A DNA stretch of 20,000 bases from positions 61,768 through 81,767 of the forward strand of contig JAPEUI010000081.1 in assembly GCA_026025075.1 (NCBI GenBank). The letters run 5' to 3'. Positions 8,261 through 20,000 of the stretch are shown here, piece after piece; position 1 is the stretch's first letter, and each line of letters opens with the position of its first letter. Both the position numbers and the translations under genes were made by a program. This DNA is from Vezdaea acicularis (taxonomy: Eukaryota). Below the pieces are notes generated by a model. It was given only the letters and a program-made list of their open reading frames with translations. It was not told where the DNA came from and made no database searches.

Positions 8261-11078
8261 TCAATTCCTTCCCCTCCCGCGAAACAAATCCCCAATCCTC
8301 TGTTCCAGCCCCGCCGTCAGTGGATTAAACGGCTCTCTCCTCCTTCCCGCCTCCTTACTCCCCCTCCTGTCAACAGGGACACCTCCCGCCTCGAACCTCG
8401 GCGGCAACTCGACCGTTGCTTCACTCTCGCTGCCTTCGGGACTGGGCGGGCCGCGAGTAAGCCCTGCCACGCCGGGACCGGTTTGCTGGCGCTTGATACC
8501 GCCATTGGGGCGCTGGGCGCCGGTGGGGAGGGCGTTGGGCCCGCCGAGATCGAAGGCGACGCGGCGGTCTTCGTCGTCGGTTTCGTGCGTGGGGGACGGT
8601 GGCATGGGGGAGATTACACGATCTAGAGAAGGCGGGAGAGTGTTAGTTTGGGGAGGGTTGAGAGAAAGGGAGGGGGGGGGGGTAGTGGAGGGGACGAATG
8701 TGAAGTTGCGGGGAGCGTTACGCACTTTCGGCATCGTAGAGTGGGAGGCCACTTACGTCAGCTGGTTCGCGCGGGCCTCCGCGGCCGCCGGACATGTATG
8801 GCTCGTTGCTGTTAAGGCCGAGGCCGACGCCCTCGCCTGGAGCGGCGGGTGGATAGGGGACTGGTGGTGGCATGGAGTCGTTGTGGTGCTGGGAGGGGAG
8901 TGGCGGTTGGTAGGTACCTGGGTTGTATTCGTTTGGCTGGCCGAAGCCTGCGTTTGGAGGTGGGGGGAAGTTGTTGTTGTTTGGATAGTAGTTCTCTTGC
9001 GGGTAGCCAGCGGGAGGTGGGGGACTGGTGTCGCGGTGGCGGGAGTGCGAGCGCGAGCGCGAGCGCGAGCGAGATGGGGAGGGATAAGATCCTGGGGAAA
9101 GGTTAGTGGCTGGAGGGATAGGGTAGGGTGAGCTGAAAGGGCAAAACTTACGTCTACGCTCGCGCTTCTCCTCCTTGCGGTTCTTGCGGTCGGCGAAGGC
9201 CTTTCCAGCCAGGCCCGCGGCACCCGCCAGGCCAGCAGCTTCAGCTAATTCCTTGACGCGGCTTCTGCTGCGACTTCGACTTCCGTGTTCGCTGTGGCGA
9301 TGACGACGGCGGCGGCGGCGACCACTGGTGCCTTCTGATGATGAGCCGGTGTATGAACCACGGCGCCTGGATCGGCTGCGTGACCCCCTTTCGGCGCGAA
9401 TGCCTTCCGCTGCTCCAAAACCGGCTGCAGCGCCCGCTACGGCGGGGAGGGCAGAGGTTGAGCGTGAGCGTGAGCGCCTGAAGGGGTTCCTGAATCCACC
9501 AGTGACTGGAACTGGCTCATCACCGTATTCGATGAGGCCAGGCTCGCTTGGGGCTCGATCAGAGAAGGCGGTGGATCTAGAGCGAGACCCATGACTCCCG
9601 CGGCGGCTTGAATGGGACCCTCTCCTCCGGCCGCGGTCATCAGCTATATCTTCCTCCTTTGCTTTCCTATTCTCATAAAGCTTCGCTGCTCCTGCACCAC
9701 CTAGCGCTGAAAGAGCAATTGGAATACCCTCACGGATGCGACTCTTGCTGCGACCTCCTCTGGACTTGCTGCGATGATGCTCGACCGCTGCAGCAACAAC
9801 AGCTGCAGCAGCTCCAGCTTGAGCTACCCTCTTGTTTCTGTGGTCGGCATCGTGTACGCTGCCGCTGCGGCCTCTTGTATCTCCAGAAATGGAATGGCGT
9901 CGATGCTTGGATCGGGATCGTCGTGAGTTTACTTCATTGTTCTTGCGGCTGTTGTTGGCGAGAGCAATTGCCCCCGCAGCAACGGCAGCAGCACCAAGAC
10001 CCCATTTCGCAAGGTCTGCGCCCCGTGAGCTAGATCGACGACGGTGATGCTTGGACGAACGACTTCCGCGGCTGTGTGAACGTGTGCGGCTCTTGGCACG
10101 ACTGATGGCTTCTGCGCCGACGGCACCGGCAAGGGCACCACCAACGAGATTGCGCTTACTATGGGAATGCTCCCCCTCGTTCTTCTTGTGGCTATTGATA
10201 AGTGCGGCACTTCCGAGCCCAGCAATGACGCCTTCTGCAAGGTGACGACGATGGTGAGGACTAACGTCTCGGCCAAGGCCGTATCCATCGTACTCATCTC
10301 TAACCTCCTTCTTGACGATTACTACGTCTTCGTCGGTAGAGGACTCCTCTCCTCTGCGTCTCTCACTCTTTCTTCTTCGCCGCCGCCGGCCACGATCTTC
10401 ACCACGGTCATCGCGACGGGCTACTCCGACGAACTCTCTTTCGTGGTCATAATCAACCTCTCTATGGCCTCCCCGATCGACTGTGCGAACATCCCTACGG
10501 TAGTAAAAGTCTTCTTTATCAGACTTTACGGATGGAGGCGATGGAGGAGCTGGCGCCTCGATATATCGAGGTTCAATTTCTGTCCGTTCGATGAATTCGT
10601 ATTGCGGTTCCGTCCTCGAGATTACGACTGGCTGTCGCTGCTGCTCTTGGACGATAATCTGCTGTGGTGGAGCTTGTTGAAAGATGATGGGCCGCTCCTC
10701 TCGCACTTGTATGATAGGCTGTGGAGGCGGCGGCGGAGGCGGCGGAGTTGGTAAACGACGTGGTGGTTCGGGTCGTTCGAAGTATTCAACTTCTCTTGAG
10801 TAACGTTCCATCTCCCATGGTTTGGTTTCGGGTCTATCCCATGGTTGACGCCTGTCATTTTCCCATGGATGCCGTTCTCGGGATGTGGAGCGCTCGCGCT
10901 CTCGAATATAAGTTCGCTCGAGAGTTCGCTCATTGGTATCCTCCTCGCGACGAGCTGGGACGTGATATTTGCGCACGGTATAAGATCGCGGAGGGCCGCT
11001 ATTCGAGCGATAACTCCTCTCGTCCCAGTCTCGATCGCGGTTGCTCCGCTCGGTCTCGCGGATGATGATGGAAGACAT
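8261..11078 (-). CDS. DUF3824-type Arg/Ser-rich, largely disordered fungal protein; long model exons 11078-9152, 9091-8726, 8622-8261; 884 aa
   Basis: Pattern typical of Pezizomycotina DUF3824 proteins: SPHHRRHLAEG, Gly/Ala-rich hydrophobic segments between RSRSRS tracts, GLIEYGDEPV, a Pro-rich YYPNNNNFPPPP region, and C-terminal SESEATVELPPRF. Introns 9151-9092 (GTAAGT..ACTAAC..CCCAG) and 8725-8623 (GTGCGT..ACTAAC..TCTAG). Family name from recall. Confidence 0.8.
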
Positions 11079-13264
11079 GGCGTGATGAAAACAAGTGAAA
11101 ATAAATCAAACGTGAAAATTTGGCAACGCGAAGTCGCTATTATAGCAAGGCGGTTAAGATGACGACGATTGTCGAATCGAGGTGGTCGCGGATGATAGAG
11201 AGTCGGCCGAGATTAGCTTGTGATGGCGATGACGAAGTGACGATTCGTCGCCCAATCCTTCACCGAGCCGGCCGTTTTCTCCGCTTCAGCCGAGTGAGAC
11301 GAATGCAACGTATAGCGATGTCGTAGTGAGGTATGGACGTGACAGGATCTTCCTTGTACGACGACCTTCTAACCACAACCCTCCTAACACCGGTCGCTCG
11401 CGTGAAGAAAAAATGCTGCTTCCCTAGTATGCTTGCGATAGGATGAATTCGAGTTGCCGGACGCTTGCCTCGCCTTGCCGGATCTACAACGGTGGGGGGA
11501 CTGTCTCGTGGCCCGTTTATATGCGATACGGAAGGCTTCCGATAGCCTATTACCAAGCAGACTAGGAATGCAGGAATCTGCCAGAGGAAGGCGAAACTTA
11601 GAGGGCTGAAGCCAAGGATGGCGAAGTTGAGTCAGTGCAGAAGTTTTGGGTCCGCGAGATGGAGCGTATATGTATGTACTACAGCGTCGAATTCTTGATG
11701 GGGACGGCGCCGCCTATGACGTCGCAACAGCCTTCGTGTTGGAAAGGTCGCGGAGGGGAGAGAAGCCGGGTTAAAGCGGCCACTTCTGTCGTCCCCCAGC
11801 CTGATAAACCCCTGCTCCGCACGCCGCGTCCGAGAAAGGCTCCCGATTCTGGCGATACTTACGAAAGAGGTGCGTGCCTACGCCCTATTTTGCGTGGCAT
11901 CGTTCACACTCTATCTATGCCACTCCCGCATTCGTTAAGAGGGCCACACCATCCTGGAGGATGCCCGACTTTACATGCGAAAGCGGAGTGATACACGTCT
12001 TTAGGCAGTTGGAGTACGTGTAGGGTCTCACCGCGATCTGAGCGCATGGAGAACATGCGCTTTTCACTCCTAATCTCTGAACATTCCCCCTATCACATAT
12101 CCCGAGACATGTATACCCCCACCATTCAGTGCCACGTCCCAGTGCTTGTCCCTCCACAGAACGCGCATATCTTGAGCAAAAATCGTGAGTGTCACTCGCC
12201 GCCTTTACGGCCTCTGATCAGGTACCTTATATGCGCCAGGCAGCGCCTACGGACGTTTCAGCGCCCGCTGTCCCTGCAGGCGCATTCTCAGTATAGAGCT
12301 TTACCGCTGGTGATCGCTGTTCGCCGTCCATTCGTTGCAGCCATATACTACCCGCACGCAGAAACGGGGGAGGAGGGGAGCGGTAAGCTGTAGATCTGGG
12401 GTTCGTGGCTCAGCCTTGTCGCCACCAGAGTTGACCACATGCGCAGCATGCGAAGTGCTTTCATGGTCCATGGTGGTTGCCTCTAGCCTTACCCTCACCG
12501 AGCTTCCATTCGACCTCTAGAATCACCCGCTGCACCACCCTCCTGTAGCCGTGAGTGCTTTACAGAACATGTAGACAGTCACTAGTCTACCTGTCGTCGA
12601 ATAGAATGTTCGCTGTCATAACACGAGGTACGGGTTTTGAGCCTTCTGAAGAAGTCTTAGACGTGTCACACGCAGCCAAGGTCCTCATGCATACACTCAT
12701 GAATACACTGGAAGGGCGCCGTCGGCATCACGAAGAGCCGCACGGAGCCTTAGACGCCCGATATCTGTTAGAGTGGATATCGGAACTTGGCAAACGCCGT
12801 CCAAAATATGTCTTGCTGTCATAAGGATTACTTGTGCTGGAAGCGCGTCGAGATAAAGTGAGCACTGCGTGGCAGAGAAGGAGTTTCAAGACGTTTTCTT
12901 TGGGCTTCTGAGTTGGACGCTTGCCGCCACGGCATGTAAACCGAATGAATGGATAACACCTGTCGTGAAAGGTTTTTGCCAGAGTTCGGGTTTGATACAT
13001 GGGCGCTTCGGTGAAATTTATTCGTAGGGCTCCATTGTCACATTTGCCGCCACTACCGTTGATGGCGGCGGCTCCCGCCAACTATCCTCAGTTTCTGGCC
13101 AATCAGCGATAGCCTCCTCTCGTGGTTTTGCTTATGGAAGCCAAGAGCCTCATACGCCCGGTCAAGCTGACATCTTGAGCCACAAGGCCCTTAATGGTCA
13201 ATACATCGATTCGTCCTATATACAGCGGCGCTCAAGACCCACTTAAGACCCCCACTCCCCCTCT

Positions 13265-14202
13265 TCACAGATCTTTCCTAGTCATCTCTGGCCCCCACTT
13301 CTCACTGGTCAGGTTAGTCAATCCCTTCGAATTCTCGCATGTATTTCGTCCGCTCATCGGGCCCGACGCGGGTATCTTCGATCTAGACTTCGCATCTCGC
13401 CCACTTTTCTCCGCAGCCTCCAGAGCCTTCAGAAGTTGTACTGTGCTTTCGGGCGTAAGGTCTTCAAAGTAATCGTCATTGATTTGAATCATCGGACCGT
13501 TGACACAGGCGCCTAGGCATTCGACTTCGGTGAATGTGAAGAGTTTATCTTTCGTCGTTTGGCCGGGGTGTATGCCGAGATGACTCTCGATTGCTTGCAT
13601 CACACCATCGCTACCACACAGCTGGCAAGGTGTCTGAGTCATACTGTTAGCGATCTAGATTTGAAAGAAACAGTGCTGTCGTTGCAAGTGACAAGGTTGG
13701 GATGTACATACCGTTGTGCAGACTTGGAGATGGTACTTTCCTACGGGGGAGCGATTGTACATAGTGTAGAACGTAGCCACCTCGTAGACCCGCATTGGCG
13801 GCATCTCCAATATCCGCGCCACTTCATTCATAACACTGAGACTCGTGAAGCCATGCTGGCGCTGTCCGAGATCTAAGAGTGGCATGACGGCCGCTTTTTT
13901 GTATTGGGGCGGGTATCGCTTGAGAATCTCTTGAATGAGCGTCTCATTCTGAGCGCTGAACTTGAAGGGTACAGATGGGTTGTTCTCCGGTGAGTCACGG
14001 TGCTTTTGCAAGAGTAAGCTAATATGCTGGCTTGACGTCTTTCCATATTTCCATCTGATATGGACATGGGGAGTCTTACTACTTGGAGGGCATCGCTGGC
14101 AACACGAACGCTTGAAACGAAGGGTCTGTAATGAGGCCGCGCCAGACGTGCCACAACCTGCCGGCTGCTCCTCATGGCAAAAGGGATGACCTTTGAAGCC
14201 AT
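13265..14202 (-). CDS. nuo-24: NADH:ubiquinone oxidoreductase 24-kDa subunit (NDUFV2/NuoE homologue); exons 14202-14080, 14002-13712, 13633-13265; 260 aa
   Basis: Presequence, then [48 protein letters not shown], and [2Fe-2S] N1a ligands in VCTT|TPC and ECLGAC. Two phase-0 introns, 14079-14003 (GTAAGA...AAAG) and 13711-13634 (GTATGT..GCTAAC..TCAG), give a continuous frame. Confidence 0.97.
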
Positions 14203-15682
14203 CTTTGCAACGGTCGGCCGTCGTAGATCTCGTCGTGATGTTCGCGGCGTTAAAGTGGTGACGCGGGACTAAGTTTCCTCGATTCGCTAATAAGGTGTCA
14301 AGGTCCCAAGACGACCAAAGAAAGTAGCCAATTAGGAGAAGTCGATTTCAATGGTATTCTACCCTGGTAGCAGCTCACTTCAGAGTACATAAAAGGTTTA
14401 TTAGCTTATAAATCACTAATTATCGACATTATTTCTATTCAGTATATAGCCCATTTGAGAAGCATTCAAGCTCCAAATCTGTGAGAGAGCATCCGAATCC
14501 GCGAAAAATTGGTCAATTTATTCCCGATTCTTGATGTCTACTCAAGTGGTCCATAGACCATGGAGGTCAACCCTGTTGTGATTCAGAGATCCTCCCTCCC
14601 CCTTCCCCTTGCGAAATTACTAATGCTAGGACCTAGTTCAAATCACACGAGAACTGCAAAACACGATGAACCGAACCGTATTCGTAAGGTCTCCGCTGAA
14701 GTCTATAGCAATCGGAAGGTAGCGATTCTACCTCGATATATTTTGACAGGAACCACAAGCACACGAAAGGCAGCACCCAAGAGCCGTCTCAAAAGAGAGG
14801 TTTCATCAAGGTGAGTCACACATAGGTCAGAGCGTTGTCAATACTACGTGCTGCCGCATGCGACTCAGAATCGAGCATCAGGCAAAAGACTGATACTCGA
14901 GCGCCAGTAGTACCACGTTCAACCACACCCACAAACGACGGCACACAACCTTTGGCAAGCCCCTTCCCGGTCAGGTCAATATTCGTGCAGATAATGGCGA
15001 AATTATCTCGACCAGAACAGAAGTCATTGATAAAGGGAGGGGGAGTATAGTTCGATATATACTGTTAATCGCGATCCACCTGGAGAGCTTCGGCGATGGC
15101 CCGGTTGGCTGTTGAGAAAGGCATCGCCATGCAGAGCTGGCAACCGTGGCGCTCGTCCTGGACGGGCCATTGGCGAATCGCATGCCTCCGACCGGGCGCC
15201 TACCACTCACGAAACTCAAAACGACTTCTGCGGAAGCGCGACGACTCCCGCGGTCGCGCGGGATTGTGCTCGTTCCCCAAGCATGCCTTCACCACGCATG
15301 TCCTATCGGCGAGACGTGGCCAATCAGCTCGTCGTCCCGCCGCGATTGATGGAAAGTTTCAAGTATTTCTGGCCCCTTTCGAGCGTTCGGGCTTAGTGAG
15401 AGCCTCACCATCCAGGCAACCACGCGTTAGGCCCACTCGAGGGTCGGCCGGTTCGCTCGAGTCCTGCAGCCCGCAGGCAGTACTTGGATCTGAGTGGTCC
15501 CGGCTGCCACATCCCACGTATCTGAGGAGTCATCATTCACCCACTCGCACGCTTCTCTCTTCGACCTCCCCGCAAAAAGTTGTCGACCGTCCTGAGGCGT
15601 GCACAACTCCTTACACCTACCTGTCATTGCGTACACCGGTTACGAAGCCATCCATCGCGACATCCCTAGCCTAACGTGTGAG

Positions 15683-15690
15683 TATATAAG
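15683..15690 (+). promoter_or_regulatory. Possible TATA box (TATATAAG) upstream of the hypothetical gene
   Basis: Consensus TATAWAWR match about 35 nt before ATG 15724, in an otherwise GC-rich stretch. Confidence 0.3.
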
Positions 15691-15723
15691 GGGTCCCCCA
15701 CTCCCCGCGCATTGTGAAAGGCT

Positions 15724-18700
15724 ATGTCGCTGACGGTCGCTCCAGCTTCAGCGTACCAGTCCCAGCATGGCCATGAGCTAGATCCGTCCAATTCGCAGCT
15801 GGCATGCACGCCTAGCTGCCCCATGGCCGCTCATGCTCGAGTCCTGTCGCGGTCAGAGGTACCGCCAGCTTCACCGAGCTTCAATGTCGAGAAGAGCTCC
15901 CCCCTCAGAGTCCGTCCGTCACGGCCTGCTGGCTCATGCCATTTCAAGGACTTGAGCGCGGGCCACCATGGGCAAACCTGCGGCTGTCAGAGGTTCTGGG
16001 AGGACGAGCGAACCCGTCAAACTACCTACGGAGAATATACCCTCGATCCGACCATAAGAGCTCTCGAGTGGTGCATGTGCGGGCATCATGCATGCTTCCA
16101 TGATACTGATGGTGAAGAGGTGAACTCCAAGGCTGGTTTCAATCAACTCAGCTCCAGTCCGATCAACGCATCTCCCAGTCGTCGCCGCACTGCTGCCCCC
16201 AGCCAACCGTCCCGAGCATCAACCAGACCCACAAGCCAGCCTTGCAACATCTTTGAAGTCCCTCTTATCCCACAACATTGCCTTCTAGATTCCCAAGAAC
16301 TTCCAGCACTTGATATGATGCTAGAACCCAATGGCGACACATACGATGGTGGACTAAACCCAGGGCATCAGAGCAACAATCGGGTGGATCGTCAGCCTGG
16401 ACTCGGGCTATCCATGATTGCTGAGTCTACCGGAGGAAATCTACAGGAAGGAGCACCCTTCAACAACCAGGCACCTTCGAAAACTGCCACCGATCAAGAG
16501 ACTATCGCATGCGCCAGCGTGTGCGATCAAGAATCCTTCAACAGACTTGCCTCCCACGATATTCGCCCGGGATTCCCTGACGAGAGCTCATTTGCTCGGC
16601 GCCTGCTCCTCGCAATCAACGAAGAAGATGTTGGGCGTGGGGACGCGACCGAGGACATTGTGCAAAGCGCAACCGAAGTCATCACCCCATCCCTGCGAGG
16701 GACACCAGACTTCAGGTCACTGGCAGGATTCGATCAACACTTCAACGAGACGAGACAATTGGTGGGAGAGATCGCAAAGCGGTTGCCTGATGGCTCGGAA
16801 AAGCGAGCCAAACTCTTGCAGAGTGGCACACCCAATATCCCTCCGGCAACAACTCTGAGATCCGCTTTGCCTACAGAGTCACGAGGTCCATCGTCACAGT
16901 CATCAAGAGTTGTAAGGCAGAAAGAACCTGACGCCGTACCTTCGCGATCGGATCTACTCCGTCAGGTCGTTTTGCCACTTCACAATCTTAGTGAGCTCTT
17001 CCCATGCACAAGACTTGATTCTATATACGTTAATCTGACGCAACTGCCTGCGTAGTGAATGTCCTGCCTAATGTTACGAACACACTTAGATCTCAATCCA
17101 ACCGACTCGATCGGCTAGAGAATGCCTCATTCTCTCACGGCCCCGTCGAAGAGCTCAATGACCGATACGAGACAATGGATGTCAGGATGCTTGAGGTTGA
17201 GAGTGGCATGGATGATCTTGCTAAATGGCGCGCAGCTCTGGAAGAGGATAATAGTAGCTCAGGACAAGCTCACCTCATACGGAGACGACTTGGTAAAGAG
17301 CGTCCAGATGAGGCAGGAACACCATCAGCCTCCTTCAATTCAGGCAGCTCCTTGCCGTCGGCCACATCCTCTGCATATATCGCTGCGGCAATCGAAAATG
17401 CAGGCACAACTTCCAGGCTTATGGAAGTTGAGTCACGGCTTTCAGGACTCGAAGCTGCGTCACCTCCTTCGCCAGACCGTCCTTGGGATATTGAGGTTAT
17501 ATTCCTACCCTGGGGTCGTGAGCTCAGAAGCATTTGGTGCTCTGCCAATGACTTAGGCAACAGCGGAGCTCCTGGATCTGCAACACAACTTGTTGAAGAA
17601 TGGAGCCAATCGCAAAGTCTGGGAGGTATGCCACAGGAAGCAGCTGTTGCCGAGCTAGACAGGCGTTCTGGGTGGGATGGTGCTGCGATCCGTCGGTGGG
17701 CTCACGCCACTGAAGAATGGTTCGTACCAAAGGCCTGCGGCCTGACCAACAATACCTTTGGCTCAGCTAGGAAGGTGTACGAGCGCTTAAAGAGCAGAGG
17801 CCTAGTCCGCAACGTCCAGATCACCGGTGCGAGCTCTCGAGATGTGCAACTCGCCATCACTCGCAGCTACGGGTCTCTCTTGGATAAGATGTGTGGCGGG
17901 CGACGCCTACAACCATCCCAGGACTCTGTTCACGACGAGCGAGAGCTGCCATCAGGACTCAAATCGCAATTCATCCCCCTCCGCAAACTCTACAAAGACT
18001 CTCGCCTCCGCTTCCTTAATCCTGATGAACTCGTCACTTCCGTCCTCTGGACGCCCGAGTTCCTCGCCTCCTCAGTCATGATGAATCCCCGCAAAGGACA
18101 GAAACGCCTCTTTATTACCCAGCGAGACGCCTACCTGCAATACGGCCGCGACGAATGCGCCACCTGGACCTGGAAGAAGCTCGAGGGCCTTCGCCCGGTT
18201 GCCCCTAAACCTTCCGACACCGAAGACCAGGCAGCCGCGATTGACCCCGAAGGCCTCGGCGCTAAAACCTGCTGGGAGTGGGATTCCCGGCTTGACCCGC
18301 GCTTGAGCGCTCCCTCCTCCCAGGCTTCCAACTCTAGCAGCAGCCTTTCATCCCTTAGCATCCGCAGCCGCGTCTCCTCACCCCACTCCCAGCAGCGCGC
18401 CCGCTCCTCCCGCGCTCCCTCACCAACCTCCATCTCTATCCAACAGCACGGTGGCAGCAGCGCCAACCGGCCCATCTCGCCCGTCTCCGAATTACCTGTC
18501 GACCCCACCTCTCAGCGTCGCCGTCGCACCATTTCCGTCCCTATCTCCGAACCCGTCTCGGAACCCGCCGGCCCACCTTCTGCTAAGCGTCGCGTCGCCT
18601 CACACGGCATTCCCTCCCCGACCAAAAGTCTGGCCAAGCGCAGACGCATCAGCAACACCCCCAACATCGACATCACGGCCCGCGCCCCCTCGTGGGCCGC

Positions 18701-19151
18701 CCCAACGCCAAAGAGATCGGACTCGTCAAGCCCCTTCTTCGACGATCTCCCCAGCTGGAAAAGCAGCGTCCTCAGCAGCGTCCCCAGCAGTCTTCCCCCC
18801 GGCCACGCGCCAGGCCCCGAAGCGGGCGCGAGCGCGAGAAGAGGCTATACCCCCACCGCCTACGCGACGCCGTATAGCGGCACCATAGCCTATCCTAAGG
18901 AAGGTGAAGAGGGCAGTGCGGATGATGCTAGCAACAGTAGCGATAGCGCAGAGAGCGAAGCTAGCGGAGACGACAATAAAGAAGCGGCGGATCTCGGCGC
19001 ACAAAGCATCTCGGACTGGCAGGGCGTGCGCGATGAGAAGGGGGAGTTGGTCACTGGACTTCTCCATATGCGCGCAAAAGGGAGGGGCCCGAGGCGGCAT
19101 ATCAACCCCGCTGGGCATAGCGATGGGGAAGGGGACGCGATGAGCGAGTAA
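15724..19151 (+). CDS. Conserved-looking Pezizomycotina hypothetical protein (~1120 aa) with N-terminal Cys/His putative Zn-binding motif, coiled coil and central folded domain; exons 15724-16990, 17056-19151
   Basis: A 65-nt phase-1 intron 16991-17055 (GTGAGC..CTGAC..CGTAG) joins the 443-aa and 698-aa ORFs (HNL M NVLPNV). Motifs: SCHF..CGCQRFW..WCMCGHHACFH; heptad region RLDRLEN..RMLEVES..RLMEVESRLSGLE; ordered block PWDIEVIFLPWG...VYERLKSRGLVR...FIPLRKLYKDSRLRFL...WTWKKL; Ser/Pro-rich tail with basic KRR clusters. The start could be the later ATG at 15823. Confidence 0.85.
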
Positions 19152-19384
19152 ATACTGGGTCAGATTGAATCAGCTTGGGGACGGAGCCTGGGCTGTGCTG
19201 GATGGGACTAAGTTGATTTGGGAACCAAACTCGTACCAGACCCATTGGGCAATGCTTTCGGAAGGGACTATTTTCTTAGGGTTCGGGATACATGGGCTTG
19301 CTTTCGGTTCTCCTGTGCTACTTCTTGGAAGGGCTAGGGCTGGTAAGCAGGTAGGTAGCTGGGTTAGCTGGGATGGGAGTTTCC

Positions 19385-19404
19385 TTTCTTTCTTTCTTTC
19401 TTTC
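19385..19404. repeat. (TTTC)5 microsatellite downstream of the hypothetical gene
   Basis: Five perfect TTTC copies read directly. Confidence 0.85.
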
Positions 19405-20000
19405 TAGTCCTGTCCAAATTTTTGTGGGATTGGATTGGGATCTCTTCTCCGCCTTGTATCATATACTAAATACTATGCATTAGATTGCCTGGATTAGAGC
19501 AATAAACAAAACTTAATATCGCATTTATCTTGTTTTAGTGGGTAAAGCGCGGGATGGGCTGCTCTGGCGATATATTTAGTTGCTCTAGTTAGCAAGTTGT
19601 ATCATTCATGGATTTCGTAATTGGCTACGCGATGAAGCTATTGTGGGCATTATCACGGTTATGAGGTATCGCTATGCGATGAAAAACGTGGATGCAGGAT
19701 TTGTATTCGTGCTATCTATCACACAACCACACGAACGGACGTAATCCTTCTCGATCCGGCTCAGAAGTGCGCGAACTGCGACTACCTTCCGACTTCATAC
19801 GCACGCGCCTCCAGTTCGAGAGAGAAGGGAGGGGGGGGGGTGGAAAGCTGAGAAATGCGTTTTATATAGCATCCATCTAAAAACTCCCACCGCAGGGGAG
19901 AAAGCAAGAGAAAAGCAACAGGGGCAGAGAAGAAGGAACGCCATGCCACGCCACGCTACCGTGCAGATGCAGATCCTTTTGGCCTTTGATGCAGAGGAGC

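Noticed and set aside
8493..11162. Many plus-strand and alternative-frame ORFs over the DUF3824 gene
   Set aside because: Shadow ORFs of GC-rich, low-complexity coding sequence with no independent protein features.
11080..13260. Short ORFs or an RNA gene in the 2.2-kb interval between DUF3824 and the 24-kDa gene
   Set aside because: No recognisable domain, consistent splice model or tRNA/snoRNA signature. Probably promoter and UTR sequence, although a small gene cannot be excluded.
14560..15674. ORFs upstream of the hypothetical gene (e.g. 15096..15674, 192 aa)
   Set aside because: Low-complexity Arg/Ser/Pro translations with no recognisable features and no clear splice link to 15724. More likely promoter or leader sequence.
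17055..19151. Separate GTG-started gene translationally coupled to ORF 15724..17055 (operon-like overlap)
   Set aside because: Explained by a canonical 65-nt intron; this is one eukaryotic gene.
19860..20000. Possible start of a further gene at the window edge
   Set aside because: Too little sequence to support a call.

Overview
Eukaryotic DNA from a filamentous ascomycete (Pezizomycotina-type GT-AG introns with CTRAC branch points). I reconstructed seven protein genes by splicing by hand. Three are nuclear genes for mitochondrial proteins: the complex I chaperone CIA84, mitoribosomal S18 (RSM18), which is head-to-head with CIA84, and the complex I 24-kDa subunit. The others are a DUF3824-type RS-rich protein, a conserved ~1120-aa hypothetical protein and two predicted secreted Cys-rich proteins. 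The most unusual part is 4570-7560. One secreted-protein gene, which the ORF track splits into three ORFs, has three C-x3-C-x11..14-C-x-C modules and two Kex2-type KR-QS peptides. It carries an exactly phased 29-copy 19-bp minisatellite inside a 674-nt intron. Upstream of it lie an inverted-repeat cluster sharing the minisatellite motif, a 33-nt near-perfect palindrome and a 4-copy degenerate repeat. The DUF3824 gene has two competing 5' splice sites predicted to switch its C-terminus on or off. I saw no tRNA, rRNA, CRISPR array or transposase. Family names come from recall of motifs, not from database searches.
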